A program made the translations under genes and the position numbers. The notes under the pieces are model-generated. The model saw only the letters and a list, made by a program, of their open reading frames with translations. It did not search any database and had not been told where the DNA came from. Shown piece by piece: positions 40,103 through 55,075 of a DNA stretch of 64,000 nucleotides; positions within the stretch are counted from its first letter, which is position 1, and every line of letters begins with the position of its first letter. Origin of the DNA: Somniosus microcephalus (Eukaryota); contig CM126203.1 of NCBI GenBank assembly GCA_052327205.1, positions 344,038,001-344,102,000 on the forward strand, in the 5' to 3' direction.

Positions 40103-42109
40103 ATTGTGCAGCAATAGAGCAGAGTATATTATACGGTTCATTTACTTAGGCCTGTGTATATTGCTGGAAAATCCTACTCCATCCATATCACATGTTCATT
40201 GCAAACGTGTTTGTAGGAGTGGCCAAACTTTTTCTCTCTGTAGCCACTCAGTGGCTTATCATACAACTTGCATCCCCCATGGAAACTACGCTATCATCAC
40301 AACAACCTGATTAGGATGGCTGGGGCTTTCTTGCCCATTTCACATTCTTTTGATGTTCTGGCACTTTTCTTCCCGTTGAAGGTGACACTCTTCTCCGCCC
40401 TCCATTTCCTCTTCATGGTGGCATTCTTCTCCACTCCTCCCTAGCTCAAGGTGTCACTTTTCTTGTCTCCCTTCCCACCAGTTCAACTGGCAGACGTCCT
40501 CTTCCCTGCCCCCCCCCCCCACCCCACAAATTTACAACACTTTTATTCTCCCCATTTTGAGCTGACACTTTTGTTCTCCATTCCCTCTAATTTCATACTG
40601 CTGTTGTTCTCACACCCCTCTCAAATTTCATGCTGACACTCTCCTGCTCTTCGTGTGGCTCACAGCTCCTCCCACCTCCTACTGCTGCTGCTTGAAGTGA
40701 TCGAGCTCCTAAGCATGCTGCCGACAGGAATTCCTGATTCTGTGAAAATTTCCCACCACAGTGTGCAGCAGTGTTCAGTCACTTGGAGCGGCAGGGGACA
40801 GGAACCAGCAGCAGTACTGCGGGGCAAGGACCCTGGCGTCCTGCTTAAAGCTGACTGGTGCTTCCTGTATAGAGGCTGGACCTCATGAAATTTTGTTGCT
40901 GGGGAAATTTTTTTATCTGCAGGAGTTAGTCAGTTTATCTGTTTTTTAAAGCAGTACTAATGACTGAAATGAGAAAACTGAGGGAAGTAAGACAGGATTC
41001 GGTGTTGTTCTGCTTTTTGTCATGTGTGATACCAGATTTTTGCAATATTCCAATAGTGATTGGACTTTTTTCTGAGAATGAGTCATTTTTATTTGTTTAT
41101 TTCCACTTAGAGCAGTTACCATTTAAAAAAAAAAAAAAAAAATATTAAGAATTTTTTTGTAAATAGTTTATACTGCAATTTAAAAATATGCATATTTTAA
41201 AAGCTCGGAAAGAAATTCAGTCTATAATTTCGACTGGTCTCTTGGAATTAATGTGAAAAGGAATATTTCTCGGGCGACATTTTGTAGAACTCATGATTTG
41301 CTGCTTGTATATGGTAACTGGCATCGATAGTTGGAGGTGCAGAAATACCAGACTTCAGTCCAAACTTGGGTCCCCGAAATGTTTCAACAGGGTCTGATTA
41401 CTACAAATACTTGATTGTTTTAAAGACAAACTTTCTATTTGTTTACACATTCCATTTAATTTATTAAAGCCTCAAGGAACTTAACGCACTTTTCCTTCAT
41501 GCAATTCATGAACTGAACACAGCATTGTTAAAGAAACTCCTTAATAAATGCTGCAGCAAATTAATGGCAGATGGTTTATAACCAGATTGCCTAATGCTGT
41601 ATTTATTGGTTAGAGTCAGGTAGTACTTTGCTTATACTTTCTTGCGCAAATTGCAATTCTCTTGCCCAGGACAGAGGTCTGTGCATCGGTGCTCTCGCCC
41701 GAACAGAGAGCTCCCCTCCCAATGGTTAAAATGTAAATGTTTTGAGCGAGGGAGTGTCCGTGCACTCTACACATGATGCCACTCTAGTTAAGTTTAAGAA
41801 GTGCCTAGGAGCTGCAAGCATTTTTATACCAGTTTTGACACCTCACGAGGAGTCAAACTCAAGTGGTATGAAACTACCTTCTGCATAGATTCCCACGTCA
41901 CTTTTCCTCCAGAGATGGTTTGGTATCTGACTTTGGAATTATACTGCAGCTATATATTGCTGTAAAATGGAAACCACTTTGCACTAATGTTGAAGTTGCT
42001 GTACAAATGCACTCAAAAAGACCACCTTGTATTTGTGTACCTCTGACCTACATCAAATCTTTGAGTACAAATGGAAAAGTCTTGCTAAAATGTTTCCTTC
42101 TTTCCCTAG

Positions 42110-42331
<222 letters not shown>

Positions 42332-42981
42332 TGAATGTAAATTTGAAGACCACCGAGTTCTTTCTATGATTTGCTCAAGATTCAAAGAACGCTATCAGGA
42401 CCATCAGCCCAATCCATTTTGAGACCCCTTTTTCTAGCCAGGACTATATTCCGAGGAGACGGCAGGCTGCGTTCAATTTGTGTCAGCTGTGCGATGATAT
42501 GTTCTTGGTAACTCAGCATTGTTTTCTGTATTAAAGACTGATGCAAAGTAGCCATTTAAAACCTCTGCCATACCCTGGGAGTCCACCTGAATCTGCCCCT
42601 TCAACGGCCCGATACAGTCCTTAATGGTGCCCTGACTCCCTAACATAGTTGAAAAATGTATTGCCATTGCTACCACAGATAGCCACTGTGCAGTTCTTCA
42701 GTGGCATTTTGGCTGCTCTGATGGCAATTTTTGTTGCCTTTAGCTGTGATGGATACCGATCCCTGTCCTCCTGTGAAATATTTTTTTAAGTCTGTAAAAG
42801 TCTTTTGTGAGGACATATTGTCATGTGCAGTGATGTGGAAGGGACATGACATGGTTTTACCAAAGGAGGCAAAAATTATTCTTTACAGTATTTATTTATG
42901 GCAGTAGTTGTCCGTCTCGTATGCATACTGCATTTAATTTATAAGACATTTGTCTTGATGTGTGTGAAATGATTTTAGTAA

Positions 42982-43359
<378 letters not shown>

Positions 43360-44164
43360 TAGCACCTTTCACGACCACCGGACGTCTCAAAGCGCTTTAC
43401 AGCCAATGAAGCGCTTTTGAAGTGGAATCACTGTTGTAATGTGGAAAATTAGGTAAAAATTAGAACATGGAAACAGGTTGTTCGGCCCAACCAGTCCGTG
43501 TTGGTGTTTATCTTCCACACTAGCGGTAGAACAATCAATTTAAAAAAATCCTGCAATTTAGATCCCTGTGCCAAGTTTATTTTAATATAGTGGGTTGGGT
43601 TTTCCTCCGATATTCCGGCAGAAAAGGGGTCAAAATCGGGCAGTAAGCCATTTTGTTCCTGCCAGAACTCCATTTCCCTCATCTTACTGCTGGGTTCCCC
43701 ATGCCCATCCACCACATGTAACTGTTTGGGGGCTGGGTGGGAGATGGATTGATTCCCTGCTGTTTTTGTTGCTGTCTGCCCCTCTTACCGCCGCTCTCTG
43801 CAGCTGCCTAGTGAAGAAAGGTGGCGGTAGGCCCTGGGTATTGACAGTAAAGCTTCAAAATTCTTTTCATGGTTGGAGAGGGCCTAGTTAGAGGCATTCA
43901 CTCCCTCCATTTTGGCCCCAGTGTGAAGACCTAAACAAATAATTCTTGGACTCCTCTTCGGGGCTCTTCCACCTCTTTAAAATCACCAACTGCCTCTCCT
44001 GGTGCTGCAATGGCAGGCCCAGAATTTTCAGCCTTGAAGGGAGGCATTAAAGTGGTGGTCTTAACACGGGTAAAATTACTACTATTTTTGCCCTGGCAAA
44101 TTAAGTTTTTATTATGGTAAAAATCATTGCAGTGGGAAAAAACTGTTGTACTGATGGCTAATAG

Positions 44165-44488
<324 letters not shown>

Positions 44489-45531
44489 TAGTGAGGCAAA
44501 CCTAAAGAGTGTAAAGGCCAGGGAGAGTGCGCATGTGCTCAGATGCTGCAGTTGTCAAGAGTTCCAGTGCTTGTTGCTCTAAATGCCACCTACCTGAATT
44601 AATACGTCTTGATATGCATAATGGAGTGAAAGTGGATAGGAGTGTTCTCTTTTTAATTTCATGTGTGCATGACCGGGTTTTGACAGTGTAGCAGACTTAA
44701 CGGTTTGAAAGCGCGTACCCAGCTTGTTTAAGTGCTGAATGACTGCTGCTTAAGTTGACAACGGACTCTGAAAATTACAACAAGGATTGCGTCAGATTAT
44801 GATCTTTGAATTATTGATTTAGCTGAAGTAAGTTAATATTTAGGATCACTTTGTGAGTACTTGGACTATAAGTGAAAGTTATTTGTGTGTGGTAAGTCTC
44901 TCGGGTTTATACCCAGAATTTCCACACTGGTATTCAAGGCTATACAATGCTCTCAGTTCCAGCTTTTATTTCTACATATATGATTACTGAAAAAGCACTC
45001 TGGTTGGAATGCTCCAATAAAACAAACTAAGCAAAGTAATCAAATAAAAACCATATTTAACATTACTGCCCTCACAAATGCCTCAGTAATGTCATCAAAT
45101 AGTTGACCTATTTTTGGCCTAAAAATGAAAATAATAAAACTTAGATTACTGTAAGAGGAGAAATCATTTTAATTACAAAAAAAATATGGAGGTCATGGGA
45201 GATCTGAAATGGAATTATTGGATTTCTGAACATCTCTCTCAAAGAACTGTTGTTTGCTCTTCAAATGTCTGAAAATACCTGCATGCTTTAACACTAATGA
45301 GATCTGCGTTCAGCTTCATTTATAGAAAATAAAAGTCCTATTCGGGAGGCATTCGTATCCTGGATCTGTTTTTCTGCTTCAGTCAATTAAATGTGTAAAT
45401 TACATTGGCTAAAATGACAGAGCATGAAACATTATTCTAGGTTAATTTTCAAATTGTTTCTGTTTAGCCCATCTAACTTTCTGATATTAGCCATCAGAAA
45501 ATGGGGTAAGTTATTGTAAGCGTAGGTTTAA

Positions 45532-45792
<261 letters not shown>

Positions 45793-46359
45793 TAATGCGA
45801 GTGGAGAGAACATGTTCCAATAATTCCTCAATTTATCAGAAAGCCTTATGATGTAGTGTATCGGTACTTCCATAAACCTTTGCTATAGTTCCGCTGGAAG
45901 GCTGCTACACAAGTTTAAGTCAATGGATGAACATCCGAGATGAAACTTGGAGGTGCATGAGGAAATATTAGGGAGCAATGTCAAGCTGGGGAGATGTACC
46001 CGTATCATCGTAATTGTTGCCTCTGCTGTTTTGAATCCACATGAATGACCAGGAATCAAAAACCCAAGCTGGTCATATTAACGGATGATACCGATCTGGC
46101 GAGGGATGGGAGAGGAGGAATCAAGTCTGATGAAGCAGCCAAGGAACTACAGAATGACCTAGAGAAAACTTTGCAAGTGGAGGATGAAATTCAATAAGTG
46201 CAAGATGTTTCACATTGGAAGAAAAAAAACTAACAATCTCAGTGAATGGTGCCGACCAACTCGGAGAGAAGCTGAAAGAGACCACGTCCAGTCATTGTGG
46301 ACAGCAATCAACAAGGCAAATTAAATGTTGAGTGATACTACTAAATCAGTAGAGCATGA

Positions 46360-46971
46360 GGCTGATTTTCCTCTGCTGTGCACCTGGGCAATGCTTGCTT
46401 CCTGGGTGCGGGGCAGAGACCCATAGCGCTGTCTCCACCCCACTCGCACTGTATGTAAACTTCTGGGGATTTTCCCAAGGAGACACTGAATGCTTGCGCA
46501 TGGAGAAAAGTGCAATTGCATTGTACTAACGTCTTAATAAAGTGAGTCCTGTCATAATGCTCCATTTTCCCAAGTTTCCGCTTGGTAGAGGCCCAAATGT
46601 GGGGGTTGCCCACAGTTAGTAGGTCTCACTGTGCGAGTCCCCTCAGATCAGAGGATCTGCGAAGAGATGGGCATCAAAGTCCCAGAGGCAGCAAAAAGGT
46701 AAGTCCCTTTTTTATTTTAAAACCGGATGGGCATCGGAGCTGAAAGCCTTCTGGCTCTTGACCTTTGGACAGAAGGCCTCGAAGCAGGCAAGCTATTCCC
46801 ACTGCTGCAGGCTTCTCAAGCCCCCAGCAGCAGTAAACCTGCCTCTTCATCTCTTGGAGCAAGCCCCTACCAAGACGCATTCTTGCACCGGTGAATGTCA
46901 ATCCCGTACAACCAAGCAATACAGTCAGGTCAGATAAAGGAGGGGGGGCCTTGGGAGACAGAAAATCGGCC
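46360..46971. mobile_element. MITE inserted in an old CR1 remnant (about 46120-47470)
   Basis: Termini ggctgattttc and gaaaatcggcc. CR1-like sequence resumes on both sides. Confidence 0.55.
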
Positions 46972-48321
46972 CTTACAAGTCTGAAGTCCTAAAGCTAAAG
47001 CTGTACAGTGCTCTGCTCAAGCATATGCTCAAGTACCGCATTCATTTCTGCTCATTGAGATAAAAGGGAAACGTTCACACCCCGGAAGCGGTTGCAGGTA
47101 AGGTCCAATAGGCTGACCTATAGTGTCTGAAGACTGACTTATGAGGAAAGGATAGAGAAACTCAAAAGTCTTCTGCCTTGAAAGGGGACAAATGAGAAGG
47201 GCCATCATAGAATAATATGATACAAAGTGGAATCGCAAAGGTTATTTCAGAGCACTGTAAAGTATACGACACAACTGCAGAAGAAGGGGACGTGGGCACA
47301 ATCTGATGAAAGGCAAATTTAGGATCTTTCTTCAAACAGCAAATAATGAATATTCAGAACACTTTTCCAATAGGGTAGTGGCGGCAGTAACTCTGGAATC
47401 ATTCAAGAGGCAGTTGGATGTATTGATGACAGGGTTGTAGGTTTCTATGAAAGGATGAGCTATATGGGCCACATACTTACCTTTTTTATACTTAATCTGT
47501 GTGAATCCATAACTCCACTCACAACTTACTAGTTATAGGATCACTAATTGTTTTTTTTAAATTTCTGTGCTCATCAAGGTGAGGGATGCTAGTTGCTTGC
47601 AGAATGGAACTGTTCCCATTTCAGGCACCCAGTGTCGGCATCAAATGCTCCCAGGCCAGGTATAGCACACCCAGATACAGAGTAAAGCTGACCATTTCAA
47701 TGCAGTTACTGAGGGAGTCAGAAGGGCTGCTTATCAGATGAGATGTTATGCCATCTGCATGTTCATGTGTTCACATGGCACTTTTAAGAGAAGGGAGTTC
47801 TCACAATGACCTGGCCAAAATTCATCCCTCAACCAATACTACCAAAGCAGATTAACTAGCCATTTATCTCATTGCAGTTTGTGGGATCTTGCTTTGTGCA
47901 TATTGGCTGCCATATTGACACATAACAACAGGTACTGCACTTCAGGCGTAATTCATTGGTTGTGAAGTGCTTTGGGGTGTCCTGGGGCTGAGAAGTACAT
48001 CTGTAAATGCAAGTTTTTTTCTTTCCCAACAACACGCCACAGCTCCGACACCACATGTGTGACTTTTACTTTAGTTCTCACACTAGCCACCCTGTGGTTT
48101 TTCTGACTGAGATTGTCAATTAGTGCTGAATTAGGGACAGGTTTTTGTTGTAGGCCCATGCTGACTAAGAAACTGGATTGAGACTGCCCAAACGTACTTC
48201 GTGTCGGACCTTGATAAAGGAGATCCTAAACGCAATAGACCAGTTTGGGCTGGATTTGAACCCAGACAGTTCACAGATGTAAAAGATCTATGTCTAGACA
48301 ACCAGTTCTCCTATAATTGTG

Positions 48322-48750
48322 TCCGCTTTGGCTCAGTGGTAGCACTGCCGCCTCCGAGTCAAAAGGTTGCGAGTTCAAACTTCACTCTAGGACTTGACTA
48401 CATAATCCAGGCTGACACCAGTGCAATATTGAAGGAGCATTGTCCGAGATGCTGCCTTTTTGGATGAGACATTAAACCAAGGCCCCGTGGATGTAAAAGA
48501 TCCCACAGCATTATTTGAAGAAGAGCAGGGGTGTTCCCCTGGTATCCTGGCTAACATTTCTCCCTCAACCAACACCACCAAAAAACATCTCATTTGCTGT
48601 TTGCAGGACCCTGCTGTGTGCAGATTGGCTGCTGCGTTTGCCTACAAAACAACAGTGACTACACTTCAAACATGATTCATTGGCTGTAAAGATCTTTGGG
48701 ACGTCCTGAGGACGTGAAAGGTGCTATATAAATGCAAGTTTGTTCTTATT
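48322..48750 (+). mobile_element. tRNA-derived SINE (DeuSINE/SacSINE1-like) with L2-type tail
   Basis: A box tggctcagtgg (48329), B box gttcaaac (48373), central domain, and tail gtgaaaggtgctatataaatgcaagt. Partial copies lie at about 2430-2570, 43346-43445, 47700-48020 and 56000-56100. Confidence 0.8.
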
Positions 48751-49644
48751 ATGTGTAACTAATCGATCTCCCACGCCATTGCTCACAGATAGTTGGGGTG
48801 TGAAGCACAGTGTTCCTTATATTTTACCTACATTGAGCCCATCACCACTTTGTCTCTCAGAATTTTCTGAATTTCCATTGGGATGGGCAGTGGGATCACT
48901 CAAAGCTGGTCTTTGGGCCTGCAAGGCTGAGGTCAAATTGGTTCGATATGGTGCTACTTGTTGAGTGCTTTATGTTTTCTAGATGGAAAATTTTGAGGGT
49001 TGAGGGACTGACTTCACCACCACCACTAGTTTATTTTGTGCATCTTGCAGTATACTCTCTGCCTTTTCTGTATTACTCTCTAGCCGTGTCTCCTCTTCTC
49101 CATGTTTCTTCCTGTCTTTGTATTTCAGTCGATCTGTCCCTGTGCCCGAATTACACGCACGCACTCTCTTAGTTCTGTTGCTCTCCCTCTTTTTTCTGTT
49201 TCTGTTACTCTTTTCGTGGGACCATAGCCATAGAAGGCAGTGAGGGAGAGGCTGGTGCCAGCAGCACCAATTGAAGAGCTGTGAGAGCGAGTCAGCACTG
49301 ATCAGAAACCAATGGGAGAGACAGAGCAGAAAATCATGGAGCAGTTGGAGCTGGCACTGGAGGCCTTTGACAGAGAGTCTTCAAGATCTGCATGCCTTTA
49401 GCCTGCTGGGGATGCATGCTTCACATTGGGCCTTAGGAGATCAAGCCTGAGTTGGGACAGGTCCTGGAGTTGTGTGTGGATCTGGTACGCTTTGTGATGG
49501 ATGGTATATATAGAGTTGAAGCTGCGATTTTGCTTTGGGAATGGGAAAGACATTGGAATGATTGGAAGTTCTGATGGAAAACTTTATAGATAAAAGTTTG
49601 CAAATTATTACATTTTTAATTTTAAAATTTTGATCACATAATTA

Positions 49645-50065
49645 GGGGAATCTGGGTAATGCAGTGGGTAATTTACTGGCCTTTCACCTCTGGTTCAAAT
49701 CTACCCCAGACTAATGGAATGGAAAGCTCTACCTGCTGGCTGGAAGGGTCCTACGTGAATTGAGTTTGGGCAGTCTCAATCTAGATCCTAACATGAATGG
49801 GCCTACAGCACAAAACTGTCCCTAATTTAGCAATCGCACTCAGACATTGGTGTGAGAAATGGGGAAAATGCCATTATGGTGCAGTAGGAGTGGAGGATGC
49901 TGTTTTGATGTAGGGGCGGCAGCATATTAGCAGAATCGAGGGAGGTTTACTCCGCACCTAGCTGTGCTATACCTGACCTAGGAGTGCTTAAAGTTGACCC
50001 TGGGTGTCTGAAATGGGAAGTGCGTCATTCCCAAGCACTAACATCCATCACCTTCATAAACAACA
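49645..50065 (+). mobile_element. LF-SINE-like element; an antisense 3' fragment lies at about 47567-47690
   Basis: The motifs gcctttcacctct, ggttcaaatc, cctacgtgaattgagtt, cagtctca and cacaaaac appear in the order I recall for the LF-SINE consensus. Confidence 0.6.
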
Positions 50066-50080
50066 ACAAAAAAGGTAGAG

Positions 50081-50632
50081 GGGGTTAATTTTAACCCATT
50101 CCTCCCCAGATGCCTTTAAGATGCAGCTTGGTGACTTGCCGCTCTGTTTCGGTTGGAATCTCGCTGGCCACCATTTTGACTGCTCATTGTAGTTAAATGG
50201 CTGTGGGGCGCCTCATGGATTTATTCAAATCGGGGTTCTATTACGTTAGTGGGACCCCGATTGCATTTTAACCCAAACCTGAGCAGGGAAGCCAACGCAG
50301 CTTTCCTGCCAGGTGAAGGTAGGTCGGCAGCTGTCGGGAAGGACAAAGTGGCCCTCCCTGGTAGGTGAGAAACCTTCCTCTGTGGGGCCAGGAGGAACAG
50401 GAATGCTCCACCTGACTCACCTGCTTGTCAGTGAACCTTCCTTGGACAGCAGCTGGAGGCCTCTGGTCGCCTGAACTTCCTCTCCCGCCTGTTGCAGGCA
50501 GGCAGGCAGGCATGCTGATGAGGCCCGGGACTTAAACTAAACCCAGGCCTCAAACTTAGGCCTACCAGTGCGCTTATCACTTGCCTCACCCCCTGCCTGC
50601 CCAAAACCCGCAGGGGGGTTAAATTCAACCCC
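50081..50632. mobile_element. MITE with imperfect TIRs
   Basis: Termini ggggttaattttaaccc and gggttaaattcaacccc. Confidence 0.6.
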
Positions 50633-50929
50633 AAGGAAAAAAAAGTTTATTTTAGGGATATATTGTGTAGTGGGTTGAGGAACTGATAGCTGGAAAGGAT
50701 ATGATGGCTGTCGTCTCACATGGTTAGCATAGACCAATTAGAGGCTCTCTACAATCGTACAATATTACTGATACACAGACACAGCGTCTGTATTGATAGA
50801 TGACCATCGGTAGCATTATTGGCCTGAAGCTATAACTGAACTTTTTTTTGTATATGTAGCTATGATTTAACAGAATTGTACATCTTAATTGACTGTGAAA
50901 GTATTTAATTGTTTTTTCAATCAGATTGA

Positions 50930-51109
<180 letters not shown>

Positions 51110-52834
51110 TAAACTGTGTCTGAGTCGGACTCAATGGGGTAGATCTTGACTTTGTGCAACAGTGTAAAACAGGTGATAGTGAGTAGGCAGCCCGTTTTAT
51201 ATATCTCTGTTGACTTCAATAATAGTTAATCCCTATTTACCTTATTAAAACTCCTCATATATTGCACACCTCTCCGATTTCCTCTTAACCTTCGCAGCTC
51301 TAATGAAAAGAGTCTGACTTTTTCTAGTCTTTTCTCAAAATGAAAGCCTCTCATTTGTGGTATTATTTTAGTAAATCTCTTTTGTATCCTTTCCATGACA
51401 TTGATGTCCTTTCTAAAGCAGGGTGCTGAAAACTGACACAATATTCTAATTGCAAACAATGCTTTTGTACTTGGATGCCTCTATTTGTAAAACCTAGATT
51501 CACACATGCTTTTTTGACAACTTTAATTTGTCGTAACACCTTTAAAGATTTGTGATTGTGAACCTCTATTATTCTATTCCTTTTAACGCTTTACCATTTC
51601 CTCGCCTTGTCTTCCTTCTAAAATGTATCACTTCATTTTTATCTGCATTCATTTTCACATGACTTCTGCCTGCCCAATCTGCTAACCAGTCTATGTCCTC
51701 CTGATGTTGCTTAGTCTTCTTCACTGTGCTCCCTATTTTTGTGTTTTCTACAAATTTTGATATTGTGTGACTTATATCCAAGCTCACATCATATATATTA
51801 TATTTAAAATCTTAAGTTTATGTGCAATTTCTGCCTACAAAACCTTATATCCGGTCACACTTTTGTGCCAGCTTTTTCCATTTTAAGTCCTATGTCTACA
51901 TTTATAATGGAAACTTGTCGTGCTGTAATTGTATCCTCCCACAAGTGGTGGCGCTGCAGCACCTCAATTTTACATCTCCAAGCTCCTCGATGTGCACTGT
52001 AGAGGAGCTTCCATGCTAAAACCAACTCTGCTTCCCAAATGACTAAAATGTAGCTATTTTACTATAAATAGTAATAGTAAATAAAATTGTAGAAAATTCA
52101 GGACAGAATGTATATAACTTTACTATGAGGACTGAATTATGTCTGTCTGCCCCGATATACAATTATACCCCAGCCATTAACTCTGCTGTACCTGAAGACT
52201 GCACTTGGTTTTGACTCCCTGTATATAAACCACAGGACTAGTATAATATATACACATACAGAAAGAAGCAGTGGTCCTAATACTGACCCCTGGGTAATAC
52301 CAGTGTTTATATATCCTCAAGTACGAAAAACATACATTAAGCACAAGTCTCTGTATTCTGTCTCTTTGTCAACTTCCTATCCTGGCTGCCCTCTAATGCC
52401 TTGTCACTTACTTTTATTAATGTCTCCTATGTGGCATTTTATCAAACTCCTTTTGAAATCCCAGTCGTGCTCAGATGGAACCTGTCCATCCTGTACAGGC
52501 TATTCCACCCAGAACTGATCCCAATGTCCCAGGAATCCGAACTCCTGCTCTACCTCTTCAGCCATTCAGTTATGGCCTTTGTCTTATTCCTATACCAACC
52601 AGCACATGGCACCGGGGGTCCAGCCATTGTCATCTGAGTTTATACAAAAGCATAGAGACTAATGTAGAGTGGAAAAAAATCTTATTTGCAAGTTTGAAAC
52701 AGTGGGCAAAAAGTTGCACACAACACTTAGTAAGGTCATGCCAAGTATAAAAGTGTTGCTAACGGTATGTCCTTCTGCTTAGTTTTATTTCAGATGTATA
52801 CTTTTATTGTGCTGTGGGATGAGCCAGTTAATGA

Positions 52835-52975
<141 letters not shown>

Positions 52976-53210
52976 TAAGGACTGTAGGGAAGGCATGTCT
53001 TTGTAGAAGAATAAGACATTTACCTTCAATAGTTAGTGCGAGGGTTGTGGTACTGGGCGAGCAACCCAGAGATTGCGGTTTCAAATCCCACCAAGGCAAG
53101 CTGTAAAATTGAATTCAATAAATCTGTTATTTTGTGGGCTGGTGAAGGCTGCAAGATGTTCAGAAAAACCTAAGTGATGGAGGCTCCGCCCCTAACAAAG
53201 CAAATGATGA

Positions 53211-53880
53211 CAAGGGCCAGATCCAGGTGCGGGGACTCCCTAGAACAGGAAAATGGCGCCCTGGGCAAACTTTTATTTTGATGTCCTTTTTTTGAGTTTA
53301 AGCATGTAGTAGTATTAGTGAAAGTTTCAGAAATAAAGCTGTAATCTCAAAAGTTTATAATAATTTAAATATAAACTATGTCATTAAAAAAATAACACAT
53401 CCAAGTGACAAATAAAGTAAACATCAAGTTAAGCACTAAACTAATAAATAACTAACAAATAAAAAAAACTTTGTTCACCAAGATATTTTGAGCTACATCA
53501 TTCTCGATAGACATGATGGCCAGCGAAGATAGCCTGTCGTCTCCCATGGTCGATCGCACATATGTTTTTATGAGCTTTAACTTCAAGAAGCTCCGTTCGC
53601 TGCTTGCCACCGATACAGGCCTGGTTAACTGGATCCTGAGTGCTATCCATGTGTTTGGGAACTTGCTCTTGAAACTTGAAGTTTGCTCTTCTTGTGGAGC
53701 GCTGCAGTCCGTTGGAAGCAGAGTTTGGAGATCGCCAAGTTCTTCATCGAGGTCGACGCCGTTAATGTCAGACCCTTTTGACCATGGCGCCACCATAAGG
53801 CCGGCCCTGAACAGGAATTCCTCATCCTCGGCCTCAGTCGAGACCTGCTGTATTCCCGGCAAAGTGAGGCGCACTGGCCT
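53211..53880 (-). mobile_element. hAT DNA transposon remnant (transposase C-terminal dimerisation domain)
   Basis: FPNTWIALRIQLTRPVSVASSERSFLKLKLIKTYVRSTMGDDRLSSLAIMSIE, with a TIR-like caagggccagatcc at 53211. Confidence 0.85.
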
Positions 53881-54885
53881 TCACATTGAAGATTTTTTGG
53901 ATAATACATTTTTGTTAAAGCTATGTAAATAATATTTGAAAATCAGAAAAAAAAATTTCATTGAAAAATCTTCATGAATGGCCAAGACCAGTTATGCAGG
54001 ACGCTACTGAGGCTGAAGGGAGTATAACAGTAATAAATAATACTTCCATACTTGTAGCATCTTAACACCGGGATCTTCTCAAAGCACTTAACACAATGAA
54101 TTACTATTCAAGTGTAGTCACTTTTTTATGTAATCAAACACTGTAATATACTGTACCAGCAATGTCCCATAAGCAGCAATTAGGTGATTTAGTAAAATTG
54201 TTCTTTTTTGTTTGTTCATGGAATGTGGGTGACAGTGGCAAGGCCGATATTCAATTGCCCTGAGAAGATGGTGGTGGGCCTTTAAAAAAAAAATTGTTTA
54301 TGGGATGTGGGCGTCGCTGTCAAGGCCAGCATTTATTACCCATTCTTAATTGCCCATGAGAAGGTGGTGGTGGTAAACCGCCGCCTTGAACCACTGCAGT
54401 CCGTGTGGTGAAGGTACTCCCACAGTGCTGTTAGGGAGGGAGTTCCAGGATTTTGAACCAGCGACGATGAAGGAACGGTGATATATTTCCAAGTCAGGAT
54501 GGTGTGTGACTTGGAGGTGGTGGTGTTCCCATGCGCCTGCTGCACTTGTCCTTCTAGGTAGTAGAGGTCGCGGGTTTTGGAGATGCTGTCAAAGAAGCCT
54601 TGGCGAGTTGCTGCATTGCATCTTCTAGATGTTGCACACTGCAGCCACGGTGCGCCGGTGTTGGAGGGCGTGAATGTTTAAGGTAGTGGATGGGGTGCCA
54701 ATCAAATGGGCTATGGTGCCGAGCTTCTTGAGTGTTGTTGGAGCTGCAATCATCCAGGCAAATGGAGAGTATTCCATCACACTCCTGATTGACCTCCAAC
54801 AACCACAACCATCTTCCTTTGTACTAGGTATAACTCCAGCCAGTGGAGAGTTTACCCCTGATTCCCATTGACTTCAATATTACTA

Positions 54886-55075
54886 GTCACACGACACCAG
54901 GTTATAGTCCAACAGCTTTATTTGAAATCACAAGCTTTCGGAGCGCTGCTCCTTCTTCAGGTGAAGTGGAGAAATGCATAAAGACACAGCTTATATAGTC
55001 AGAGAATCATGTCAGATGTTTACAGGTAACCTTTCCAACTGCCATTTATCACACCTCGGCAGAGAGATGATCACA
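54886..55075 (-). mobile_element. Penelope-like pLTR fragment
   Basis: On the minus strand the hammerhead core is followed by aataaagctgttggactataacctggtgtcgtgtgac. Confidence 0.7.
54928..54964 (-). ncRNA. Minimal type I hammerhead ribozyme motif
   Basis: Minus strand reads UCAC CUGAAGA A GGAGC AGC GCUCC GAAA GC UU GUGA: core CUGANGA/GAAA, 5-bp stem II, 4-bp stem I and a palindromic stem III. Confidence 0.75.

Noticed and set aside
48322-48400. tRNA gene
   Set aside because: The A and B boxes belong to a SINE head. There is no full cloverleaf, and the sequence continues into the SINE body.
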